64,000 bases of DNA from a virus, in the IMG/VR virus record IMGVR_UViG_3300036444_000030, positions 5,965 to 69,964 of that record; one strand, given 5' to 3'. The position numbers were made by a program, and so were the translations under genes. Of this stretch, positions 1-9,727 are shown piece by piece. Position 1 is the stretch's first letter. Each line of letters starts with the position of its first letter. A model generated the notes under the pieces. It was not told the DNA's origin. It did no database searches and saw only the letters and a program-made list of their open reading frames with translations.

Positions 1-1224
1 GACTGGATTCGCGAGGGGGAATTCATCCGACCGGGCTCAGACAAACACATCGATGTCAGACCCGGTATGAAGGTCACAAGGTCTTCGATCGCATCTTTTT
101 GGCTAAAAGGCCCTGCGGCCGCATATCAGGATTGGGGCCAACTGGTTGAAAAAGAACTTCGGGCGTTGAAGGCTCTTGAGGATACCGGTGACGATGGCCC
201 CCTACGGAAGACGAGAACCACTGACCAAGGTGGTTTCTACATCCCGCAGGCACGCCTGTCCGATTTCGCGCCAGAACTGCTGAAAGCCAAGGGTGAAGAC
301 TGGGGGTCGACACCAGAGGAACCGCTTGTTCCTGAAGGCGTGCGTTATCTTGTCGCCACGGTCGATATCCAGAAGAGCGCGTTTGTCGTTCAGGTCTTGG
401 GATACACGGCCGACGGTGATCGCGTTGTCGTCGACATGTTCAAGGTTCGTCTGTCGAACCGCCGTAATGCGAACGCCGATCGTCTGCCTATTGATCCTGC
501 CGCATTCGGCGAGGACTGGGATGTCCTGATTCCAGAGGTGATGAACAAGACATACGAACTAGGCGACGGAAGTGGCCGGCGCATGGCGATCCGCGCAACC
601 GCCTCCGACTCGGGTGGCGCGGAAGGGGTTACCGCCCATGCGTATAATTTTTGGCGTCGGTTGAAGGCGAAACAGGATGGGTCGCATCGCCGTTTCATCC
701 TGGTGAAGGGTGAGGCTTCCAAGTCGAAACCGTTGGCGCGGACTGAATGGCCAGACTCGTCGCAGAAAGGCCCGCTTGCCATCGCACGCGGTGACGTGCC
801 CGTGGTCATGCTCAATTCCAACAAGCTCAAGGACGCCGTCTCGTTGCTGATGTCCCGGCGAATCGCTGACGAGGGTGTCGACGGCGGCATGCTGCGATTC
901 CCTGACTGGGCCGAGGACTGGTATTTTGTGCAGCTCACTTCGGAAACACGAACAGCCAAGGGGTGGTTGAACACGCGGAAGAAGCGCAACGAAGCATTCG
1001 ACCTGACCTACTATGCCGAGGGTATTTCGTTGAGGCCGATCGAGAAGAACGTGCCCTACACACACTTCGGTTTCGACCGCATCGACTGGAAAAACCCGCC
1101 ATCTTGGGCGGAAGAGTGGGATCGCAACGACCTCGTTTCAGGCGGTCAGGTTGATGACGATCCTCCCCCAGTTAAACCCACCGGACTTAACGCACTGGCG
1201 GAGCTTGCAAAAAAATTAGCATAA
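1..1224 (+). CDS. Terminase large subunit, lambda GpA family, C-terminal nuclease part (5' truncated)
   Basis: Frame is open from base 1; LVATVDIQ, DSGG and RNEAFDLTYYA motifs; lies upstream of gpW and portal. Confidence 0.92.
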   Translation, partial: DWIREGEFIRPGSDKHIDVRPGMKVTRSSIASFWLKGPAAAYQDWGQLVEKELRALKALEDTGDDGPLRKTRTTDQGGFYIPQARLSDFAPELLKAKGEDWGSTPEEPLVPEGVRYLVATVDIQKSAFVVQVLGYTADGDRVVVDMFKVRLSNRRNANADRLPIDPAAFGEDWDVLIPEVMNKTYELGDGSGRRMAIRATASDSGGAEGVTAHAYNFWRRLKAKQDGSHRRFILVKGEASKSKPLARTEWPDSSQKGPLAIARGDVPVVMLNSNKLKDAVSLLMSRRIADEGVDGGMLRFPDWAEDWYFVQLTSETRTAKGWLNTRKKRNEAFDLTYYAEGISLRPIEKNVPYTHFGFDRIDWKNPPSWAEEWDRNDLVSGGQVDDDPPPVKPTGLNALAELAKKLA

Positions 1225-1305
1225 AAATCACATCAAGATTGACTTTCACTTTTTGAGTGCATATTTGTCACGTAACGACAACGCTTGAAAAGAAAGGAGG
1301 CCTTG

Positions 1306-1383
1306 ATGAACTTGCTCATTAACGTGGTTGAAATTGCTTTGTTTATGCATTTTCGCCCGCTGCGGTTATTACGACGCCTGTGA
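1306..1383 (+). CDS. Putative 25-aa peptide MNLLINVVEIALFMHFRPLRLLRRL
   Basis: Strong RBS AAGGAGG at 1294-1300; upstream TTGACT promoter-like element at 1239; too short for the ORF track. Confidence 0.4.
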   Translation: MNLLINVVEIALFMHFRPLRLLRRL

Positions 1384-1486
1384 TAGGCGCTACACGGAAA
1401 TGGTTTATAAAATTCCAACTTAATATTGTAATTAAGAATGAACGGCGGTATTACTCACCCTGCAAGAGCGCATTGCGGGGTGACAA

Positions 1487-1714
1487 ATGGCGACGAACGC
1501 CGAATTGCAGGTTTGGTTACGAGAGGCTCAAAAAGCCCTCCACGAGCTATTGACCGGCAAAGGCATCGCCGAGGTTCGTGATAGCAACGGCGAGTCCGTC
1601 CGCTACACGATGGCAAATATCTCCCGCCTTCGTCAGTATATCGAAGACCTCAAAGCTCAAATCGCTGGACAGCCGACAACTCCGCATCGTGTCATGAGGC
1701 CGACGTGGGGATGA
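1487..1714 (+). CDS. Head-tail joining protein, gpW family
   Basis: 75 aa with ALHELLTG...VRY...LRQYIEDLKAQ; between terminase and portal. Confidence 0.9.
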   Translation: MATNAELQVWLREAQKALHELLTGKGIAEVRDSNGESVRYTMANISRLRQYIEDLKAQIAGQPTTPHRVMRPTWG

Positions 1715-3402
1715 GAGCGGCTGTTGATCTTTCAGACCTGATCGGAACTGCCGCTGATGTCTCCACAGCGGTTGCCGATGCGGTGCAACCGCCCGGTGCT
1801 ACGGCGGCAGCATCGGGCGGTGTCGCTTATGATGGCGCATCGAAAGTCGACCGTCTTGCACGCTGGCAGCCCGCCATTCGCTCGGCCGACGCCGAAATTC
1901 TCCCTGAGAAAACCAATCTTGATGCCCGGTCGCGCGATACGATTCGCAATGATGCGTTCGTGTCTGGTGGCGCTGACATCTACCGCGACTCAATCGTCGG
2001 TTCCCGCTACCAGCTCAATGCTCGTCCTGAGACGAAGGTCCTGTGGGGCAAGGAAGACCCGAAGTGGGAAGAGGCGTTTCAGGAAGAGGTTGAGACCAAG
2101 TTCATGCTGTGGGGCGAAAGCCAGCAGAAATGGGTCGACGCCGCCCGCATCAACACCTTCACCGCGCAGGTTCGCCTCGGTGTCTGCACGTTCTTCGGCG
2201 GCGGGGAAATTCTGGCAAGCGCCGAATGGATGCCGGCCGATGGCCGCCCTTATCGGTCAGCAGTGCAGATGATCGACACGGACAGGCTCTCCACGCCGAT
2301 GGACAAGCTGATTCAGGATTGGTCACGTATCCGAAACGGCGTTGAGCGGGATCGGCGCGGTGCTCCCATTGCGTATCACATCCGGAACTCCCATCCGAAC
2401 GACGGCCCTTATCACGATTTCTCCAGTCTTTCCGAGATGAACTGGACACGGGTTCCCGCTCGCAACCGGTGGGGTCGACCAATGATCCTGCATATTTATG
2501 AGCAGGATCGCCCTGATCAGTCCCGCGGCGTATCTGACTTGGTTTCGGCGCTTTCCGAAATGCGTATGACGAAGCATTTTCGTCGCACGGAACTGGAACG
2601 CGCTGTCGTCGCAGCCAGCTACGCAGCTTCGGTTGAGTCGGAAATTCCTGATGATGTCTTGGCAGCCCTTGGCGGACAGACTCCTGAGGGCAACGCCACT
2701 GTCGAATGGATGACCGCATACTTGGGGGCTATTGAGGCCTACAATTCCAATGCAACTAACTTGCACATGGACGGCGCCAAAATTCCTGTGTTTGCGCCCG
2801 GCACGAAGCTGAAGCTTCAAAATACCGGTGCAACCGGCCCCCTCGGCGACAAGTACGAACAAAGCCTTCTGCGCTACATCGCAGCAGCCCTCGGGCTTTC
2901 CTACGAGCAGTTCTCGCGCGATTTCACACAGACGAACTATTCCTCGGCTCGCGCTTCGATTGGCGAAACGCAGAAGGGTATGAATGCCAAGAAGGCGATT
3001 GCCGCCGATGGCGTTGCCAACTTCATCTATCGCCTCTGGCTCGAGGAAGCGATCAACAAGAACGACCTCGAATGCCTCAAAAGAAAGAACGTGCCGCTCT
3101 TTTACGAGGGATTGAACGCCGAAGCCTACTGCGCGTGCGAATGGATCGGCGCGGGGCAGGGTCAGATCGATCCGCTCAAGGAAACTCAGGCCGCCGTTCT
3201 CAAGGTGAAAAGCGGGTTCTCCACGAAGGAAGCCGAGATCGCGAAAATGAGCGGCGGCGACTATCGCCGCGTCGCACGCCAGATCCAGCGAGAGCGGGAA
3301 CTGGACAGCTTTTACGGCAATCCGTCGATCTACGACAGCACTGATACCAAGGACATGGAAAACTCACTGTCCGCCACACCAAGAGAAGGAGAGGCGGCGT
3401 GA
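1711..3402 (+). CDS. Portal protein, lambda family
   Basis: RPDQSRGVS, NYSSARAS and IDPLKE motifs; ATGA overlap with the gpW stop. Confidence 0.95.
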   Translation: MRAAVDLSDLIGTAADVSTAVADAVQPPGATAAASGGVAYDGASKVDRLARWQPAIRSADAEILPEKTNLDARSRDTIRNDAFVSGGADIYRDSIVGSRYQLNARPETKVLWGKEDPKWEEAFQEEVETKFMLWGESQQKWVDAARINTFTAQVRLGVCTFFGGGEILASAEWMPADGRPYRSAVQMIDTDRLSTPMDKLIQDWSRIRNGVERDRRGAPIAYHIRNSHPNDGPYHDFSSLSEMNWTRVPARNRWGRPMILHIYEQDRPDQSRGVSDLVSALSEMRMTKHFRRTELERAVVAASYAASVESEIPDDVLAALGGQTPEGNATVEWMTAYLGAIEAYNSNATNLHMDGAKIPVFAPGTKLKLQNTGATGPLGDKYEQSLLRYIAAALGLSYEQFSRDFTQTNYSSARASIGETQKGMNAKKAIAADGVANFIYRLWLEEAINKNDLECLKRKNVPLFYEGLNAEAYCACEWIGAGQGQIDPLKETQAAVLKVKSGFSTKEAEIAKMSGGDYRRVARQIQRERELDSFYGNPSIYDSTDTKDMENSLSATPREGEAA

Positions 3403-4694
3403 ACGCAATCCTCGCACGTTTTCAGGACAGCACCGCTCTCGTTGCCGAAACCCGTGGTTCGTGGCTCGAAACTTATTCGCATATGGCGGCAGATCATCTC
3501 GCAGAGATCGACAAGATGGCCGCGAACGAAAACGATTTCTGGTACGCCGAGGATGATTACCGTTATCGGTATCGTCCATACAATGTGAAGAACGGCATTC
3601 TTTATGTGCCGGTTCAAGGCATTCTTCTGAACAATTTTCCGTATCAGGTTGGCGATTGGCTGACCGGTTACGAATACATCCGTGAAGCGGTTCGTCGTGG
3701 ACGCGACGATAGTCAGGTCAAGTCGATCATCCTCGTCATTGATTCAGGCGGCGGGATGGTCTCCGGAAACTGGGATCTCTGCGATTTCATTTACGAGACG
3801 CGCTCAATTAAGCAGATTCGCGCTGTCGCTGCCGAGTTTGCCTACTCCGCCGCCTACAACATCGCCGCTGCCACATCACACATCACTGTTGCTCGCACTG
3901 GGGGCGTAGGTTCGATCGGCGTGGTCCGGACACATGTCGAACGTTCCAAGATGCTCGAGCAGGCGGGTATCACCCCAACGATCGTTCGATCGAAGCCGGG
4001 CAAGTTTCAAGGCAATTCAATCGAACCTCTGTCGAACGCCACGAAGGAAAAGTGGCAGGCGGAGGTCGAAGAACTGCATTCGCAATTCGTCGCCATGGTG
4101 GCGAGGGGTCGGGGCATGAGTGATGAGGCGGTCGACGAGACCGATGCTCAAACCTTCATGTCTCGTCAGGCACTCGAGATTGGACTGGCTGATGCCATCG
4201 GAAATCTTGAAGACGCCGTATCGGCCTTACAGGCCACATTCTCACAAGAAGGAGATGAACCAATGGCCGAAAACTCTCAGGCCGAACACGAAGCTGCGGT
4301 CGCTGCCGCACGTGCCGAAGGTGTCGCAGAAGGTGAAAAGACCGGCGCCGCCAACGCAATTTTTCGCATCAACGCGATCATCGGCTCGGACGCTGGCAAG
4401 GCGCGTCCCACTGCCGCGCTGACCGCCGCCCTTAAGACATCGATGTCTGCTGATGAGGCGACGGAGTTTCTGGCATCGCTGCCGGAAGAAGCAAAACCCG
4501 ACGCTGCCGCCGCCACGCAGCCCGGCGCGGGTGCCCCTGCCGGCATGTTCACCGCCGCCATGGACGGCACGACGCAGCCGAACATCGCTGCTGGTGCCGA
4601 TGCCAATGACGACAACCAGGCAACCGATGCCGAGAAGGACCGAGCGCTGATCCGCGGCTACGGCCTCGCCGGCTTCTCTGACAACAAGGAGTAA
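3399..4694 (+). CDS. S49 prohead protease with C-terminal scaffold (probable nested scaffold start at 4263)
   Basis: IDSGGG, AYSAAYNIA and GSIGV motifs; internal AAGGAG RBS before MAENSQ. Confidence 0.92.
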   Translation: MNAILARFQDSTALVAETRGSWLETYSHMAADHLAEIDKMAANENDFWYAEDDYRYRYRPYNVKNGILYVPVQGILLNNFPYQVGDWLTGYEYIREAVRRGRDDSQVKSIILVIDSGGGMVSGNWDLCDFIYETRSIKQIRAVAAEFAYSAAYNIAAATSHITVARTGGVGSIGVVRTHVERSKMLEQAGITPTIVRSKPGKFQGNSIEPLSNATKEKWQAEVEELHSQFVAMVARGRGMSDEAVDETDAQTFMSRQALEIGLADAIGNLEDAVSALQATFSQEGDEPMAENSQAEHEAAVAAARAEGVAEGEKTGAANAIFRINAIIGSDAGKARPTAALTAALKTSMSADEATEFLASLPEEAKPDAAAATQPGAGAPAGMFTAAMDGTTQPNIAAGADANDDNQATDAEKDRALIRGYGLAGFSDNKE

Positions 4695-4700
4695 ACCGCG

Positions 4701-5132
4701 ATGGCAAACATTACGCCTCCCTATGCAGATCCCGGCCGCGCAGCGTTCGAGGAACTCGACACCTACCTGCAGAACCATCTGTTGGCAGGTTCCCACCCGG
4801 AACTGGCACCTGCCTATTCGTTCCCGATTCCGCTGAACGCGAATTACGCGCAGTTCACCGTTCTCGGCCTGAACGCAACCGGTGAACTGGTGCCGGCCGT
4901 TACCGGGAGCGCCAGCCCCGACGACGACGTGCAGGCTATCGGCGTACTCGCCCACGCCGTGTCGCGCGGCGGTGCTGGTTCCCCGGCCGTCAACGGTCAG
5001 GTGTTCTACTCCGGCTGCTTTAACCAGGACGCGCTCGTATGGGACGACTCTTTCAGCACGGATGCGCTGAAACAGGCGGCTTTCCGTGGCGCGCCCACTC
5101 CCACCACCATCATCGTCGCCAAGCGCGCGTAA
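4701..5132 (+). CDS. Head decoration protein (lambda gpD-like)
   Basis: Position; AIGVLA...FYSGCFNQDALVW motif. Confidence 0.85.
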   Translation: MANITPPYADPGRAAFEELDTYLQNHLLAGSHPELAPAYSFPIPLNANYAQFTVLGLNATGELVPAVTGSASPDDDVQAIGVLAHAVSRGGAGSPAVNGQVFYSGCFNQDALVWDDSFSTDALKQAAFRGAPTPTTIIVAKRA

Positions 5133-5144
5133 CAGGAGGCTTCA

Positions 5145-6242
5145 ATGGTCGCTCAGACCCAACATCTCGAACTCTGGGACACCAGCCGCTTCCTTGGCGT
5201 GTTCCGTGACATCAAGCCCGATCCGCTCTACTGGACTCAGTGGTTCCCCTACGAACTGCGCTCCAACGACGAGTGGATCGATTTCGAAAAGATGCCGGTG
5301 CAGGGCCGCAAGCTCGCTCCGTTCGTCATGCCGCTCGCGCGCGGCGAGTCGGTCTACGAAGACACCGGCACGGCGTTCCGCTTCAAGCCGGCGTACATCA
5401 AACTGGAAGATCAGGTCGACCCGCTCATGCCGCTTCGCCGTCGTGTCGGTATCGATGCAAACATGTCTCAGATGCCCGTGCAGCTTACGCCGATGCAGCG
5501 CCTCACGCTCATCCGCGCTGCCATCGCCGAGAGCCATGTTCGTGCCATCAATCGCCGCTGGAACTGGATGGCGGCGACCGCGCTTCGCGACGGCAAGGTC
5601 ACCATCTCTGGTGAAAACTACCCGACCACGCTCGTCGACTTCAAACGCGCAGCGAACCACACCATCACGCTCGGTGCCGGCAGCCGCTTCGGCGAAGCCG
5701 GTGTTTCGATCGTCGACTTCTTCCAGTTGGTGATCGACCGGATGGCGACGGCAGACTTCGGCGGCGTCCCGGTTCGTGCGACCATGGGCGGCGGTGTTTG
5801 GGCCATCATGCGCAAGGACGCAGAGTTCAAGACGCACCTGGACCTGAACCTGAAGGGCGGGAACATCACCTACGAACGCGGCCTCGTTTCCGGCGATCCG
5901 GTGTTCAAAGTGGGTGAAATGACCATCGGTGGCGGGTCTGGTCAGTCGATCGAGCTTTGGGTCGACAATTCGACCTACATCGATCCGCAAACCGGTGCAG
6001 CAGCGCGCTACATCGGCAACCACCAGATCCTCTTCACGAGCACCGCGGAGGCAGTCAGCGGTACTCGCGCATTCGGTCGGATCATCGACAAGAAAGCTGG
6101 CTACGAAGCTCTCCCGATCTTCCCGAAGAACTGGGAGCAGCCGGGCGACCTGGAAGTCGAATACATCACCCACAAGTCGGCTCCGCTGTTCGTTCCGATC
6201 AACCCGAACGCCACTCTCTTGGCTAACGTCATCGCACCGTAA
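5145..6242 (+). CDS. Major capsid protein (lambda gpE family)
   Basis: LAPFVMP, FKPAYIK and SAPLFVP motifs; strongly biased codon usage. Confidence 0.95.
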   Translation: MVAQTQHLELWDTSRFLGVFRDIKPDPLYWTQWFPYELRSNDEWIDFEKMPVQGRKLAPFVMPLARGESVYEDTGTAFRFKPAYIKLEDQVDPLMPLRRRVGIDANMSQMPVQLTPMQRLTLIRAAIAESHVRAINRRWNWMAATALRDGKVTISGENYPTTLVDFKRAANHTITLGAGSRFGEAGVSIVDFFQLVIDRMATADFGGVPVRATMGGGVWAIMRKDAEFKTHLDLNLKGGNITYERGLVSGDPVFKVGEMTIGGGSGQSIELWVDNSTYIDPQTGAAARYIGNHQILFTSTAEAVSGTRAFGRIIDKKAGYEALPIFPKNWEQPGDLEVEYITHKSAPLFVPINPNATLLANVIAP

Positions 6243-6271
6243 CCAGCGGGCGGCGTCGGTTCAAAGAGCAT

Positions 6272-6300
6272 ACAGCATCCCCTGCACGGGGATGCTTTTT
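6272..6300 (+). terminator. Intrinsic terminator after the capsid gene
   Basis: AGCATCCCC-TGCAC-GGGGATGCT hairpin followed by a T run. Confidence 0.75.
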
Positions 6301-6323
6301 CCCATCAACAGGAGACTGAGAAA

Positions 6324-6668
6324 ATGGAATACGGTTTTACGCTTCATAGCATCCGTCGCAAGGATGAAGAGCTTCCCGTCGGTCAGGTGCAACAGTTCAC
6401 CGACAAAGACTACAAAGACATGCTCCGTCTCGGCGCAGTTCGCGAGCCGACCACCGACGAGATGAAGCTTTACAAGCTAGCCCATCCCGACGAGGAAATC
6501 GATCTCGACAATGACGAGACCGGCGCCGACGAAACCAAGTCGGGCAAAGGCAAGGGAAAGGGTAAAGCGACGCCGTCGAAGACTTCGGCAGCCGGAACCG
6601 AACCTCCTGCATCGGGCGAGGGTGTAACCCTTGCGGCTGGCGAAGGTGAAAGCGGAGCGCTCGTCTGA
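6324..6668 (+). CDS. Virion morphogenesis protein (gpFI position)
   Basis: RBS AGGAG; synteny; low-complexity C-terminus. Confidence 0.65.
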   Translation: MEYGFTLHSIRRKDEELPVGQVQQFTDKDYKDMLRLGAVREPTTDEMKLYKLAHPDEEIDLDNDETGADETKSGKGKGKGKATPSKTSAAGTEPPASGEGVTLAAGEGESGALV

Positions 6669-7078
6669 TGAACTGGCGGGAAAGGAAGCGAGAACACCTG
6701 CTTCCAGTCCATGAAACCTTCTCGATTCCCGCGGTGTATCTCACCCACGCCGCGGGAACTCCCGTGCCCGTCAACATCCGGCTGCATCAGCGCCCTGCTG
6801 TCCTTGAGGCGCAGGGTGAAGATGGAACCGGGCAGATTGTCGACATCGTCGATCGCGTCATCTTCAAGGTCGCAGAAGTGGCCAACGTGGTCGCCAGCGC
6901 CTTCGTCATTCTCAGCGATGTCGAGGCATATGTGACCGGCCCGAGCCGCCCTGAACGAGAGGGTTTCATATGGGTTGAGGTCAGGACCGCCACGAAAGCG
7001 GAACTGGCAAGCTTGCTCTCTCAGGTCGACACCTCGGGCGACGAGTGGAGGGGCATCCCACCATGGTCGCAGCAGTAA
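6668..7078 (+). CDS. Head closure / head-tail joining protein
   Basis: Synteny; coupled start (TGATG). Confidence 0.65.
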   Translation: MNWRERKREHLLPVHETFSIPAVYLTHAAGTPVPVNIRLHQRPAVLEAQGEDGTGQIVDIVDRVIFKVAEVANVVASAFVILSDVEAYVTGPSRPEREGFIWVEVRTATKAELASLLSQVDTSGDEWRGIPPWSQQ

Positions 7079-7674
7079 TTGCCATCGAATTCGATCAACT
7101 TTCGTTCGTCAATGAAATGACGAACACGACCGAGTTGGCGTTGGTTCGTGCTCTCAACACGACAGCGACGCGCGACCGCACCAAGTTTGCCCGTGCTGCC
7201 CGTAACCAGGTAGCGTTTCCAGCGTCTTACGTTTCTCCTTCTAGCAAGCGGCTCTGGCTGAAGACGAAGGCGAAACGTAGTTCGCTTGAGACCGTGATTG
7301 AGGGTAGGGGGTCCGCAACCTCGCTGGCCCGTTTCACGAAGCAAAAACCGTTGTCCGGTGGACAGCGTCACAAAGGCGGAAAGATCAACGTGACGGTCAA
7401 GCCGGGTCAGACCCGATCCATTCGCCGCGCGTTTCTCATGCGCCTGAAGAACAACAACGTCGGACTCGCTGTCCGCACAGACGGGTCGCTGCCCAAGGGA
7501 GCGTACAAGCCCCGGTCGTTGGGAAAGAACCTATGGCTTTTGTACGGCCCGTCGGTCGACCAGGCGCTTCGCTCCGCCTCCGATGGCGGTGGCATTTATG
7601 AAGAGATGACACCTGAGTCATTGGAATTCCTCGAAAAAGAGTTTTTCAGGCAGTTGGAGCTGTTGAATGGTTGA
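7063..7674 (+). CDS. Tail completion protein (lambda gpZ-like)
   Basis: Basic protein with RALNTTA, AFLMRL and LYGPSVDQ motifs. Confidence 0.75.
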   Translation: MVAAVIAIEFDQLSFVNEMTNTTELALVRALNTTATRDRTKFARAARNQVAFPASYVSPSSKRLWLKTKAKRSSLETVIEGRGSATSLARFTKQKPLSGGQRHKGGKINVTVKPGQTRSIRRAFLMRLKNNNVGLAVRTDGSLPKGAYKPRSLGKNLWLLYGPSVDQALRSASDGGGIYEEMTPESLEFLEKEFFRQLELLNG

Positions 7675-8194
7675 TCCTTTTCGCCTGCGGGCCATGAAGC
7701 AATTGAGCCACTATGTGAAGCAGGTCAATCCAGCGAACGACTGTGAGTTCGATCTGTCGGATTTCGTCGATAGTGCCGGCCGCCCTGCAGAACGCGTGTT
7801 CCGTGGAAGGACGCTGTTTGGCGACAACGATCCTCGCCCCATGGTCGTGTTGCTTGAAGATCCGCGGCCAGTGGACGCAGTGAACGGGACATCAACCTCT
7901 CCCGCAGCCGTCAATCAGTTCCGCGTGCTCATCCAGGGTTTCGTCGAAGACGATCACGAACATCCGCTCGATCCGGCTTACAAATTGTCCGCCGAAGTCA
8001 TCCGGGCGCTGGTCCGCGCCAAAGCGAATCGCTTCGATATTCTCGACCTGGGAAATAAAGCGCCATGCGTGATGTCGTTGTCGATCGGCCAGCCCGTACA
8101 TCGCCCACCGGACGACGAGGTTTCGAGCGTGGCCTATTTCCTCATACCAGTAACCCTCGGCCTTGCCGAAAACCTTGAGACGCCTTTCGCGTAG
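7667..8194 (+). CDS. Tail terminator-like protein
   Basis: Synteny; RVFRGR motif; acidic. Confidence 0.65.
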   Translation: MVDPFRLRAMKQLSHYVKQVNPANDCEFDLSDFVDSAGRPAERVFRGRTLFGDNDPRPMVVLLEDPRPVDAVNGTSTSPAAVNQFRVLIQGFVEDDHEHPLDPAYKLSAEVIRALVRAKANRFDILDLGNKAPCVMSLSIGQPVHRPPDDEVSSVAYFLIPVTLGLAENLETPFA

Positions 8195-8240
8195 CATAAA
8201 ATCACGTTATAGTCGTAATACTCACAAGGAGAGAAATTCA

Positions 8241-9035
8241 ATGGACCTGCAATCCCGCAATCTTACTGTACCGCGCGGAACCGCTCTTTTCGCCAAATAT
8301 AAGCCCGGAACGCAGATTCCAGGTCCCTTTCGCGAACTCGGTAATACGCCCGAATTCACACTGGCTCGCGAAGCTGAAACGATGCCGCACTATTCGTCGC
8401 GGCTCGGCTTCCGCACACTGGACGAAGAAGTTGCCATCGAAGCGACGTTGACCGGCTCCGTAACGACGGACGATATGAAGGCCGAGAATGCAGCGTACTT
8501 CTTTATGAGCGAGGTGACGACGGTCACCGTCACCGCCAGTTCGAACGTTGAAGAAACCTTCGAAGAAGTCAAAGCCGGCGATCTTTATCAGCTCGGTTTC
8601 AGCGACACCAATCCGTCCGGTGCCCGAAAGGTCGCAACCGTCGTTATTACCGATGGGGCTGCGACGACGCCGGTGACCTTCACGCTCGATGAGGATTACA
8701 TTCTCGATGCCGACCTCGGCACGGTTTACATCCCCGTCGGAAGCGCAGCGATCGGTGGATCCATCGAAGTGAACTATTCCGTGGCGGCGTCCACGCGCGA
8801 TCAGATCGTTGCCGGGGAAACTCAGGTTGAAGGCGCGCTCAAGTTCATTTCGAACAACCCGATCGGCCCGCAGTTCGACATCACCTTCCCCCGTGTCCGT
8901 CTGTCGCCGAACGGCGACCTCGCGCTCATCATGGACCCCGAGTCGACCGAATGGCAGCAGTTGCCGCTTTCGATCAGCGTCATGAAAAAGGGCAACCTCG
9001 CGCTCGCGTATCGCGACGGTCGTCCGGTAGCGTAA
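8241..9035 (+). CDS. Major tail tube protein
   Basis: RBS AAGGAG; RELGNTPEF and PRVRLSPNGDLALI motifs. Confidence 0.85.
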   Translation: MDLQSRNLTVPRGTALFAKYKPGTQIPGPFRELGNTPEFTLAREAETMPHYSSRLGFRTLDEEVAIEATLTGSVTTDDMKAENAAYFFMSEVTTVTVTASSNVEETFEEVKAGDLYQLGFSDTNPSGARKVATVVITDGAATTPVTFTLDEDYILDADLGTVYIPVGSAAIGGSIEVNYSVAASTRDQIVAGETQVEGALKFISNNPIGPQFDITFPRVRLSPNGDLALIMDPESTEWQQLPLSISVMKKGNLALAYRDGRPVA

Positions 9036-9044
9036 GGGATCGAC

Positions 9045-9461
9045 ATGGATCAGTTGGAGACACTGATACTGCCGAGCGAGACCGTGAAAGTCGGGACCCA
9101 GTCCTTCGAAGTTTACGGTCTCGCCTTTGCGCATATCACCCGCATCATTCGTGAACATCGCAGCGTGTGTGCAGATCTTTACACCAAGGCTATCGCTGGC
9201 GAGCTGAGCGGAAGCGTCGAAGAGATTGCCTTGAGCATGACGGACGATTTCGCACCGCTTGCAGCAATGGTCATCGCTTACGGCTCGGGCAATCCTAACG
9301 CGGTCAACATGGCCGCGCGGTTGCCTCTAAGCGTTCAGGTCGATGCTCTCGAGAAGATTGTCAACCTCACCCTCGTCGCGGAGGGCGGCTTGGAAAAACT
9401 CATGGAGATCGTCGTTCGGGCGATAGCGGGCGCGGCAAGCCTGACATCCCCGAAAGCCTGA
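9045..9461 (+). CDS. Tail assembly chaperone (gpG-like)
   Basis: Between tail tube and tape measure genes; slippery heptamer near its 3' end. Confidence 0.8.
   Translation: MDQLETLILPSETVKVGTQSFEVYGLAFAHITRIIREHRSVCADLYTKAIAGELSGSVEEIALSMTDDFAPLAAMVIAYGSGNPNAVNMAARLPLSVQVDALEKIVNLTLVAEGGLEKLMEIVVRAIAGAASLTSPKA
9392..9398 (+). other. Programmed -1 frameshift site G-GAA-AAA giving a gpGT-like fusion that ends at 9727
   Basis: In-frame heptamer; the -1 frame is open from here into ORF 9500-9727. Confidence 0.75.
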
Positions 9462-9499
9462 CGGACTGGGTAGAGGGTGTCCATCGCCAGGTCAGTTTA

Positions 9500-9727
9500 T
9501 TGCTGGCCCACGGACACCCATCAGCCTGGTTCTATCCGGTCAGCAAGGTTTTTGTAGAGGCTCGCTTCGTGGTCGACAGGATCAACGCTCAAATGGCAAG
9601 CGAAGCAGCTCTTCTGCAAATGGCGATCTCCACAGTCCCAAATCAGAGCGTGAAGCCCGCCTCCACCAAGAAAGCCCTCAAGGCTTTCCAGTCGCAATTG
9701 AAGGTGCTGAACAATGGCGAGCCGTGA
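9500..9727 (+). CDS. gpT-like C-terminal part of the frameshifted chaperone
   Basis: No good start of its own; in the -1 frame of 9045-9461. Confidence 0.7.
   Translation: MLAHGHPSAWFYPVSKVFVEARFVVDRINAQMASEAALLQMAISTVPNQSVKPASTKKALKAFQSQLKVLNNGEP

Noticed and set aside
1420-1435. CtrA binding site
   Set aside because: The TTAA half-sites are 8 nt apart, not the canonical 7
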